Assembly (NCBI GenBank): GCA_963837465.1
Contig: CAWINB010000001.1
Coordinates: forward strand, 297,036-361,035
Direction of reading: 5' to 3'
Length of the DNA: 64,000 bases
DNA from: Candidatus Doudnabacteria bacterium
Lineage (GTDB): Bacteria; Patescibacteriota; Doudnabacteria; UBA920
The first letter of the stretch is position 1. Every line of letters starts with the position of its first letter. Of the stretch, positions 35,424-43,624 are shown in pieces. Made by a program: the position numbers and the translations under genes. Under the pieces are notes generated by a model that did not search any database, was not told the origin of the DNA, and worked only from the letters and a program-made list of their open reading frames with translations.

Positions 35424-37994
35424 GTGGGAGAAGTAACTAGTTTTGCCAAAAATTTAGCGGAATTTGATAATCATAAAGAAGTTATCCGCCTGGAAAATGA
35501 AGGCTTGGGCGTTGTCGGATTTATCGCCATCCACACCCTTAAAAATTCTTATCCTTCTTTGGGCGCGACCAGGGTCTGGAATTATAAAACGGAAACCGAG
35601 GCGCTTAGTGACGCTTTGAGGCTTTCGCGGCTGATGTCCAACAAATCCCTTTACGCGGACTTGCCTTACGGAGGAGCAAAAGCGGCTCTAATGGTTTCCA
35701 AAGACAACCCTCCCGACCGCGAAGAACTTTTTTCCTGGTACGCGGGTGAGATAAATAAATTAGACGGGAGGTTTATTACCGGTTCCGATGTGGGAATTCA
35801 GGAACAAGACGTGGTTTTAATGAGCGGCCTGAGCAAATTTGTTATAGGAGGCAATGTCCCCGCCGGATACTATACCGCTCTTGGCGTGTTAAATGGCATT
35901 GAAACCGCCCTGGAAATTATTTACGGTTCGCCGGAAATTTCCGGAAAAACTTTCGCGGTGCAGGGTCTGGGAAAAACGGGACTGGAATTAGTCAAGCTGC
36001 TTTACGGCAAAGGCGGAAAAATTACAGTCACGGACGCTGACTCTAAAAAAATTGCCCAGGTTCTGGAAATGTTTCCCGGCGTTTCGGCCGTGAATGTTTA
36101 CGGCATATACAGCCAGAAAGTTGATATCTTCTGTCCTTGCGCCCTCCACAACAGCATTGATTCCCTAAGCGCGCCGCTGTTGCGGTGCGCCGCCATTGTC
36201 GGCAGCGCGAACAATCAAATGGAAAGCCCTGAGGTTGAACTATTGGTGCGTAATCGGGGAATTTTATACGCCATAGACTACATTGTAAACAACGGCGGCT
36301 TTATTAGCGTGGTAGACCAATATCAAAACGGAACCCATGACGATGCCCGGATAAAACAAAAGCTGCTGATAGTAAAAAATAAATTAAAAAAAATATTAAC
36401 CGGGGAAGAGCCCAAACCAAGCCCCGCCGCGACGACCGATGGTTCCGGAGTTTCCGTGTCCGGCGATACCGCGTTGTTCCCAAAAAAAACCCTTCCTGGC
36501 GACATTGCGGAACTTATTGGTTCTTTTAAAACTCAAAAGGAAGCTGTTTGGATTGAGCGCGGGGAAAGGCAAGCGCTAAAATTATTCGGCGAAATGTCCA
36601 GGCGGGTACCGGCTTACCGGGATTTCCTTAAAAAAAACGGGGTGAACGCGGAAACTGTAAACAGCATCGACGATTTTAAACATCTGCCGCTGACCAATAA
36701 GGAAAATTACCTGCTTTCGTACCCGTTGGAAAGCTTATGCTGGGACGGCAAATTCAAAGGGCAAAAGTGGACCATCTCATCCACATCCGGCTCAACCGGC
36801 GAACCTTTTTATTTCCCCAGAACCGGTTTTCAGGATGAGCAATTCGGACTTACGGCCGGGGCCTGCTTGGTCGATTTTTTCGAAATTGACAAAAAAACCA
36901 CCCTTTTTCTGGATTGCTTTGCCTTAGGAGTCTGGATTGGAGGAGTATTTATGTACCAGGCAATAAAGTATTTAATTGACCAAGGACGTTATCCCCTTTC
37001 TGTTATTACCCCGGGCGCGGACAAAGCCGAAGCCATAAAAGCTATAAAAAATTTGGCGCCGAAATTCGACCAGATAATTATAGGCGGCTACGCTCCGTTG
37101 GTTAAAGATTTAATAGATGTGGGCGGGGCCCAGGGCCTAAGGTGGAACGATTACAGCGTAAAATATTTTTTCGCGGCCGAAGGCTTCACCGAAGGCTACC
37201 GCGACTATATTGTAAAAAACGGCGGGGCGAAAAATATTTTTACCGATACCATTAACCACTACGGCACAGCTGACTTGGGGACAATGGCGCACGAAACCCC
37301 GGTAAGCATTTTAATCAGGCGCCTGGCCGCGGCCGACCAAAATCTGGCCCAGGCTTTATTTTCCCAGACCCACAAACAACCCACTTTAACCCAGTACATT
37401 CCGGAGCTTTATTATTTTGAACAGGCGGACAACCGGGTAGTCTGCTCATCTTCCGGGGGAATGCCGTTAATAAGGTATGATTTAAAAGACCGCGGCGGGG
37501 TTAAAAAACTGGAGCAAATTAAGCAAATTCTTAAAGAGCGAAATATTGACATCGAGCGGGAAATAAAAAAATCCGGTTTGGAAAAATTTTTATGGCAATT
37601 GCCTTTTGTCTATCTTTTTGAAAGGGATGATCTTACCGCCAGCATCTACAGCGTAAACATTTATCCCCAAAGCATCCGCAAAGTTCTGGAAAAGCGGGAA
37701 TTTGAAAAATTTTTGACAGGTAAATTCAGTATGCTGGTGGACTATGACCAGGGACAGAACCAGTTCCTGCAAATTAACCTGGAGTTGAAGAGCAATGTTG
37801 ATTCCGGGGAAGGTCTGGAAAAAAACCTTCTTGGCTCCGTTGTGGATCAGCTGCTTTTGGAAAATTCGGAGTGGAGGGATTTTTACGCCGACCAGGGCAT
37901 ACGCCATAAAATAATACCCCAATTGCTGTTTTGGCCCTATCAGGACCCTAAATATTTTAAGCCGGGCGCGAAACAAAAATGGGTGAAAAAATAA
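35424..37994 (+). CDS. Fusion protein: Glu/Leu/Phe/Val-type amino-acid dehydrogenase (N-terminal ~330 aa) plus PaaK/F390-synthetase-like adenylate-forming enzyme (C-terminal ~500 aa)
   Basis: N-terminal LPYGGAKAAL (dehydrogenase lysine motif) and Rossmann VQGLGKTG; C-terminal PaaK-family TSGSTGEP P-loop with the characteristic N-terminal VPAYRDFL...DFKHLPLTNKENY; GTG start. Confidence 0.7.
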   Translation: MGEVTSFAKNLAEFDNHKEVIRLENEGLGVVGFIAIHTLKNSYPSLGATRVWNYKTETEALSDALRLSRLMSNKSLYADLPYGGAKAALMVSKDNPPDREELFSWYAGEINKLDGRFITGSDVGIQEQDVVLMSGLSKFVIGGNVPAGYYTALGVLNGIETALEIIYGSPEISGKTFAVQGLGKTGLELVKLLYGKGGKITVTDADSKKIAQVLEMFPGVSAVNVYGIYSQKVDIFCPCALHNSIDSLSAPLLRCAAIVGSANNQMESPEVELLVRNRGILYAIDYIVNNGGFISVVDQYQNGTHDDARIKQKLLIVKNKLKKILTGEEPKPSPAATTDGSGVSVSGDTALFPKKTLPGDIAELIGSFKTQKEAVWIERGERQALKLFGEMSRRVPAYRDFLKKNGVNAETVNSIDDFKHLPLTNKENYLLSYPLESLCWDGKFKGQKWTISSTSGSTGEPFYFPRTGFQDEQFGLTAGACLVDFFEIDKKTTLFLDCFALGVWIGGVFMYQAIKYLIDQGRYPLSVITPGADKAEAIKAIKNLAPKFDQIIIGGYAPLVKDLIDVGGAQGLRWNDYSVKYFFAAEGFTEGYRDYIVKNGGAKNIFTDTINHYGTADLGTMAHETPVSILIRRLAAADQNLAQALFSQTHKQPTLTQYIPELYYFEQADNRVVCSSSGGMPLIRYDLKDRGGVKKLEQIKQILKERNIDIEREIKKSGLEKFLWQLPFVYLFERDDLTASIYSVNIYPQSIRKVLEKREFEKFLTGKFSMLVDYDQGQNQFLQINLELKSNVDSGEGLEKNLLGSVVDQLLLENSEWRDFYADQGIRHKIIPQLLFWPYQDPKYFKPGAKQKWVKK

Positions 37995-39145
37995 CAACTA
38001 TGCGAGAAACTTTCAACAGCCAATCTTGGCAACCTGTAAAAAAAACTTTTGAAGAAACAAGCGACTTGATAAAAAACGAGCCCGGTGTTTTTGTGACCGA
38101 CCAGTATAAAAAAAATTTGGAAGAACTTTTTTTGCTTCGCAACCCCAAGTACCGGTTCAACAAAAACTACGCGGAGGATTTTAAAAAGTTCGCGGGGCGG
38201 CAATTTGGAGATGAGCCGGATAAGGCCGGAACCTGGTTTTACTATCCCTGGTCAAAGCGTTTAGTCCGCTTTTTGCCTGATGACACGCACCAGGAACTGC
38301 GCACCGGCAGGAACCGCAACTTAATCACCCAGGAGGAGCAAAAAAACTACTACAACTCAAAAATTGCCGTTTTGGGTATGAGCGTTGGCAGCCATGTGGC
38401 CGCTACAATCGCGATGATTGGCGGTTCAAAAAATATGAAGCTGGCGGATCCGGACAGTTATTCCGGGGACAACCTCAACAGAGTGCGCACGGGGTTTGGG
38501 GATGTCGGTTTAAAAAAAGCAGTGGTCGTCGCCAGAAAATTATTTGAAGTTGACCCCTACGCCAACCACAGTATTTACACGGAAGGGCTTAATGAAAACA
38601 ACGCGGAAGAAATTCTCGAGCACAGCGAAATTATAATAGAGGAAATGGACAATCTCTACTGGAAACTTAAAATCCGGGAACTGGCGCGCGCCAGGGGAAT
38701 TCCCGTAATAATGGGTACCGACAACGGGGACGGTATGATAGTTGATATTGAACGCTTTGACCTTGATAAATCTTATCCCATCCTCCATGGCAGTATCGGA
38801 GATTTAACCGCGGAAAAATGCAAACAGGTTGCTCCGGAAGACCTGCCGGCAGTTTACGCCAAAGTCGCGGGCGCCGAACTGGCTGTTCCCCGGATGCTGG
38901 AATCGGTCGCCCAAGTCGGCAAGACGCTTTATTCCTGGCCCCAGCTGGGCACGGCGGCCAACCTTTGCGGCACAGTCGTGGCCTATCTGACGCGGCGGAT
39001 AATATTAAAGTCTCCCAATATTAAATCGGGGCGCTATGAAGTAAATTTGGACTCCATTTTTGAATCGGACTATAATTCCCCCCAAACAGCCCGGACTCGC
39101 GAGGAACAAAAAAACAATTTTTTAAAGGAAATCGGTTTTAAATAA
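37979..39145 (+). CDS. E1-like (ThiF/MoeB/MccB-family) adenylyltransferase with ~110-aa N-terminal extension
   Basis: IAVLGMSVGSHVAATIAMIGG...LADPDSYSGDNLNR (Rossmann plus ThiF motif); the N-terminal extension resembles a peptide-clamp or RRE-type add-on. Confidence 0.65.
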   Translation: MGEKITTMRETFNSQSWQPVKKTFEETSDLIKNEPGVFVTDQYKKNLEELFLLRNPKYRFNKNYAEDFKKFAGRQFGDEPDKAGTWFYYPWSKRLVRFLPDDTHQELRTGRNRNLITQEEQKNYYNSKIAVLGMSVGSHVAATIAMIGGSKNMKLADPDSYSGDNLNRVRTGFGDVGLKKAVVVARKLFEVDPYANHSIYTEGLNENNAEEILEHSEIIIEEMDNLYWKLKIRELARARGIPVIMGTDNGDGMIVDIERFDLDKSYPILHGSIGDLTAEKCKQVAPEDLPAVYAKVAGAELAVPRMLESVAQVGKTLYSWPQLGTAANLCGTVVAYLTRRIILKSPNIKSGRYEVNLDSIFESDYNSPQTARTREEQKNNFLKEIGFK

Positions 39146-39151
39146 AAAGTT

Positions 39152-40174
39152 ATGAAACAAAATTATCAGGCGTGGGAAATTAATCCCGGCGACTTCCAGA
39201 AACAAAAAACCATTACGGACCAATTGTGGTTTTTGGCCGGCTTTGCGGTGCTGGCCCCGTCCGGGCACAACAGCCAACCGTGGCAATTTGACGCGCGCGA
39301 TAACATAATAGATATCCGCGCGGATATGTCCCGGGCTCTGCCGGCCAGCGACCCCAATTGCCGCCAGCTTTATATCAGCCTTGGTTGCGCCATGGAAAAT
39401 TTGTTGATTGCCGCGGAAGGTTATCGGTTTCACTATGATATAGCTTATTTCCCCAAAGATGGGGTTGCCGCCAGTATAACTTTTTCAGGAAGCGGCGAGC
39501 AGGGGGTTATTGAACCCAAAAGCGATATAATTGCCGTGACAAAACGCCATACCAACCGCAATCCCTATACCACTAAAATGCCCGAGCAAACTTTTTTACA
39601 AAAAATAAAAAGCCTGGGAACCGGCAATGTACAGATAACTCTGGTCAGCCAACAAACACAGAGAGAAAAAATTTCCGACATTGTGAGCGAAGCTTTAATT
39701 ACGACTATGGACAATAAAAGTTTCCGTATGGAGCTTTCGCGTTATCTTAAGCCAAATAACACCAACTCCCCCATTGGTATGACCGGAGCAGGCTTTTTAA
39801 TGCCGACCGCGGTTTCTTTTATCGCGCCCGTGCTGATAAAATTTGTAAATGTCAATAAATTAAGTAAAAAAGAAGATGTCGCTTTGCTTAAAGAACATAC
39901 GCCTGTTTTTGGTGTTATTTCCACCTTGGCGGACGAACCAAAAGCCTGGCTAAAAGCAGGCCAACTGTACGAACGCGTTGCTGTTGAGGCGGAAAAAGGA
40001 AATATCAAAACCCATCCTTTGGCCGCGGCTATTGAAACCGGAAAATACTGCGGGCAATTACAAAATGCTTTGGAAATTCCTTCCCGCCCCCAGGTTTTTT
40101 TTAGATTGGGATATACCGATAAACTTGTTCCATATGCCCCAAGATTACCAATCAGTAAATGCAGGGTTATATGA
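39152..40174 (+). CDS. Tandem nitroreductase-fold FMN oxidoreductase (SagB/McbC/Acg-like), 340 aa
   Basis: LAPSGHNSQPWQF nitroreductase signature in the N-terminal half; second degenerate half. Confidence 0.6.
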   Translation: MKQNYQAWEINPGDFQKQKTITDQLWFLAGFAVLAPSGHNSQPWQFDARDNIIDIRADMSRALPASDPNCRQLYISLGCAMENLLIAAEGYRFHYDIAYFPKDGVAASITFSGSGEQGVIEPKSDIIAVTKRHTNRNPYTTKMPEQTFLQKIKSLGTGNVQITLVSQQTQREKISDIVSEALITTMDNKSFRMELSRYLKPNNTNSPIGMTGAGFLMPTAVSFIAPVLIKFVNVNKLSKKEDVALLKEHTPVFGVISTLADEPKAWLKAGQLYERVAVEAEKGNIKTHPLAAAIETGKYCGQLQNALEIPSRPQVFFRLGYTDKLVPYAPRLPISKCRVI

Positions 40175-41040
40175 ATAAAGAGGATAATTTAGCCAAATCG
40201 CTTGGGCTGCCCGTACACATTGGGCAAATGCCTATTAACGGCCATACTATAAATTACTGCGTTGCCGGAAAAGGGCCGCCCATCTTACTTATTCACGGTG
40301 CCAATTTCGGCTGGGGAGTTTGGTATCCCAATATCGCCGAATTAGCCAAGCGCTTTACTGTTTACGCCATAGATTTGCCCGGCGCGGGACGCTCAACCCG
40401 AATTGACTATGCCAAAATGGATCCGGAAAAAGATTTATTAGTTGTTGTGGAAAAATTTGTTGATAATTTAGAGCTTCAAAATTTTGATATAATAGGCTGC
40501 TCAATCGGCGGTTGGATAGCTTTACAGCTGGCATTAAGGAAACCTGACAGGGTTAATAGAATAATAATCGAAAATGGAGTCGGGTTTGCCGATTTTATGG
40601 GTATTTCCGATAAAATAATCGGCTTTTACCCTTTGGCAAAATTAGTTTCCAAAACTCTGATAAACCCGGCAAACAAAAAAAGGGTGGAAAAATTTTTGCG
40701 CGGAACTTTTTATTATAAGAACCTGTCCTTATCGAAAGAATTCCTCGAATATTTTTTGGAAACAATGGAAACCTCTCACGGGCTTCTGCTGATTAGCCGT
40801 TTAACTTCACTGCATAGCCAATTAAATCTAGAAAAAAAACTTCCTATTATTACTCACAAAACTTTAGTCATTTGGGGGAGAGACGATAAAATTATGCCTT
40901 TAAAAAAAAATGCGCGTAATTTTAAATTACTGTCCAAAGCGACAATCAAGATAATCAGCAATACGGGCCACACCCCTTCGTTGGAAAATCCTCAAGAATT
41001 TAACAGGCTTGTTAATGATTTTTTAGTTAATTATGAATAG
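40159..41040 (+). CDS. Alpha/beta-fold hydrolase
   Basis: PILLIHGANFGWGVW... nucleophile elbow GCSIGGW; 293 aa. Confidence 0.7.
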   Translation: MQGYMNKEDNLAKSLGLPVHIGQMPINGHTINYCVAGKGPPILLIHGANFGWGVWYPNIAELAKRFTVYAIDLPGAGRSTRIDYAKMDPEKDLLVVVEKFVDNLELQNFDIIGCSIGGWIALQLALRKPDRVNRIIIENGVGFADFMGISDKIIGFYPLAKLVSKTLINPANKKRVEKFLRGTFYYKNLSLSKEFLEYFLETMETSHGLLLISRLTSLHSQLNLEKKLPIITHKTLVIWGRDDKIMPLKKNARNFKLLSKATIKIISNTGHTPSLENPQEFNRLVNDFLVNYE

Positions 41041-42688
41041 CATTATCTCAAACTTTACCCAACTCCTGCTCATTATAGTATTGGTTATCAATATCCTATT
41101 GGCTTTTATCGTGTACAGAAGCAACAGGCATAGCGCCACCAATATTATTTTTATACTTCTTAGTATTGTTATTTCAATATGGCTGGTAATTATAAATGAA
41201 GCCGCGATACTATCATCCCCATTAATAATTTTGGTTTATACCAGGTTTGCCGTATTTTTTGCGGTACCTTTAAGTGTCTTATTTTTCCTTCTCGCCCATA
41301 CGCTCCCCAGCCCCACGCTATTATTAAGCAAAAAACGTTTACGATGGTTGCTGATTGGCACTCTTTTAATGATGGCATTTACCTTGTCGCCTTACGTTTT
41401 TAAAGCCGTAGAAATACAGGGCCAAAACATAAAAAGTATCCCTGGAGCAGGAATACCTTTCTTCGCCATTTTTACAAGCTTTTTCAGTTTGGCTGCTATT
41501 TATGTCCTGGTAAAAAAAGTTAAAAATTCCACTGGCGAAGTCAAACAACAAACGGCATTAATGATGCGGGGCATCCTGTTAATGCTGGGCCTGATTATTA
41601 CCACAATAATGCTTCCGGTTATTTTCTTTCAGAATCAGGCATTTATTCCTTTATCACCTGCCTATGTACTTATTTTTCTAGGAATGACAGCTTATGCCGT
41701 TGTTAAAAATCATCTATTCAACCTAAAGGTCATTGCTACTGAGGCATTCACCTTGGTTTTATTGACCGTTCTGTTCTCACAGATGATTATTGTCGCCACA
41801 ATCGGACAAAAAATTCTGGATTTTTTTGTTTTCATTATCACCGCTATTTTCGCCGGATTACTTATCCAGAGCGTCAAGCGTGAAATACAGCAGCGTGAAC
41901 AGTTGGAAATCTTGACCGGGCAATTGGAGGATGCCAATTACAAGCTTAAAAATCTGGACCAGGCCAGGGCCGAGTTTATTACCATTGCTTCGCATCAGTT
42001 GCGCACGCCTCCGGCTACCATTAAGTGGTATCTGGCTTCCATTTTGGGTGGCGATTACGGAAAGGTCCCGGCAAAAATACTGGAGCAATTGATAAAAACC
42101 GAAAACACCAACAACCACCAGATTTCCCTTATTGAAGATATGCTGAACGTTTCGCGCATTGAACGGGGCAAAATGGAATTTTTATTTGAACCGGTTAACG
42201 TGGAAGAACTGGCGCGTTTTTCCTACGAACAACTTTTGCCCATTGCCGGGGACAAAAAACTTAAACTGAGCTATCAGCCGCCGGCAAAACCGCTGCCGGA
42301 AATTATGGCCGACAAAGAAAAACTCCGGCAGGTTATGAATAATTTAATAGACAACGCCCTGAAATACACCAGAAAAGGCACCGTGGACGTTAGCCTGTTT
42401 TTAGAAGGCGATGAAATAAAATTCCAGGTCAAAGACAGCGGCAAGGGCATAAGCAAACAAGACGCCGACTCTATTTTCCAAAAATACAGCCGCGGCAAGG
42501 AATCGGTCAAGCAAAGCGCCGGCCTTGGCCTTGGGCTTTACGTGGCCAAAATTATTATTGACCAGCATAAAGGAAAAATTTGGGCCGAAAGCCGGGGGGA
42601 AGGCCAGGGTTCCATATTCGCTTTCAGCCTGCCTGTTAACAGCGGGCTTAAACAAACCACGCTGGTAGATTTGTCAAAAACGAATTAA
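41033..42688 (+). CDS. Membrane sensor histidine kinase
   Basis: About 7 N-terminal transmembrane helices; HisKA ASHQLRTPPATI; HATPase_c N/G boxes (LIDNALKYT, GLGLGLYVAK). Confidence 0.85.
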   Translation: MNSIISNFTQLLLIIVLVINILLAFIVYRSNRHSATNIIFILLSIVISIWLVIINEAAILSSPLIILVYTRFAVFFAVPLSVLFFLLAHTLPSPTLLLSKKRLRWLLIGTLLMMAFTLSPYVFKAVEIQGQNIKSIPGAGIPFFAIFTSFFSLAAIYVLVKKVKNSTGEVKQQTALMMRGILLMLGLIITTIMLPVIFFQNQAFIPLSPAYVLIFLGMTAYAVVKNHLFNLKVIATEAFTLVLLTVLFSQMIIVATIGQKILDFFVFIITAIFAGLLIQSVKREIQQREQLEILTGQLEDANYKLKNLDQARAEFITIASHQLRTPPATIKWYLASILGGDYGKVPAKILEQLIKTENTNNHQISLIEDMLNVSRIERGKMEFLFEPVNVEELARFSYEQLLPIAGDKKLKLSYQPPAKPLPEIMADKEKLRQVMNNLIDNALKYTRKGTVDVSLFLEGDEIKFQVKDSGKGISKQDADSIFQKYSRGKESVKQSAGLGLGLYVAKIIIDQHKGKIWAESRGEGQGSIFAFSLPVNSGLKQTTLVDLSKTN

Positions 42689-42693
42689 TACTC

Positions 42694-42730
42694 AAAAAAC
42701 ACCCTGGCTTGATTCAAGGGTGTTTTTGTT
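42694..42730. terminator. Bidirectional Rho-independent terminator
   Basis: aaaaacaccctggcttgattcaagggtgtttttgtt; T-runs on both strands. Confidence 0.65.
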
Positions 42731-42757
42731 GTAACTTTCAGTTCAGAACTGATTTGA

Positions 42758-43165
42758 TTATTTTTGCCCGGGCTTTATGCTTCCCAAAATTTCTTCTTCA
42801 AAATGGAGCAAAAACTGGATTGGATCCGGAGTGCTGCCGAATAAAATATGTTCGACGCTGTTGCGCTGGCCGCGGTTTTGGGCGCTGCCCACGCCTTTTT
42901 TCTGGAACCAGTCTTCCCAGGCCTTACTGAATTTTTTATAGCCTTCGCTGTGCTCGCCGCCGTATTTTTTATAAATTTGCCGGTACTTGGTTTCGTCGCA
43001 AATGTTGATAAAATCGCTTTTTTGTTCCAAGGTTAAAAAACCATTTTTTTGCAAAGAGTGTTTTATGGTCTGAATCTCTTTATTTACGTAGACAGCCTGA
43101 CAAATTTCCTTGCCTAATTGCGTCCACTCTTTATCAAATTCGTCAAAATTGGAATTATTAGGCAT
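42758..43165 (-). CDS. Hypothetical protein (135 aa)
   Basis: ORF only. Confidence 0.4.
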   Translation of the reverse strand: MPNNSNFDEFDKEWTQLGKEICQAVYVNKEIQTIKHSLQKNGFLTLEQKSDFINICDETKYRQIYKKYGGEHSEGYKKFSKAWEDWFQKKGVGSAQNRGQRNSVEHILFGSTPDPIQFLLHFEEEILGSIKPGQK

Positions 43166-43174
43166 TAAGAGATG

Positions 43175-43447
43175 CTATTCGGTAATTTTAAGCTTAAGCT
43201 TTTCTGCCAGCTTTTCGTAACGCTTCTGGTCTTCGCTCTTTAGATAGCGCAGCAGGCGGCGGCGGTTGCCGACCATCTTAAGCAAGCCGCGGCGGCTGTG
43301 GTTGTCTTTGCGGTGGATTTTTAAGTGCTCGCTGACCTGTTCGATTTCCCTGGTCAAAATGGCAATCTGAACCTCCGGACTGCCGGTATCGTCTTTATGC
43401 GTCTGAAACTTTTTAATTATATTGTTCTTCTCTTTGGGAGTAAGCAT
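43175..43447 (-). CDS. rpsO: 30S ribosomal protein S15
   Basis: [35 protein letters not shown]...[17 protein letters not shown]. Confidence 0.95.
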   Translation of the reverse strand: MLTPKEKNNIIKKFQTHKDDTGSPEVQIAILTREIEQVSEHLKIHRKDNHSRRGLLKMVGNRRRLLRYLKSEDQKRYEKLAEKLKLKITE

Positions 43448-43624
43448 TTACTTTTTTCGCCCCAAGCTTAAACTCGGAACGCCTTTCAGCACGCAAGCAG
43501 GCAGTAAATTCCCGCGCGTGGGATTAAAAATTGTATAGTGATTATACATAAAGCCGCCAAATTAAGCAAATTTGACTTATTTAGAGGGTCTTTACTGTTG
43601 CTTGACCAAAAAATAAATCTTGTG

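Noticed and set aside
37979-40174. Canonical TOMM (thiazole/oxazole) cluster
   Set aside because: E1-like docking protein and SagB-like dehydrogenase candidates are present but no YcaO cyclodehydratase ORF exists in or near the operon. Only a TOMM-like or alternative-chemistry hypothesis is retained.
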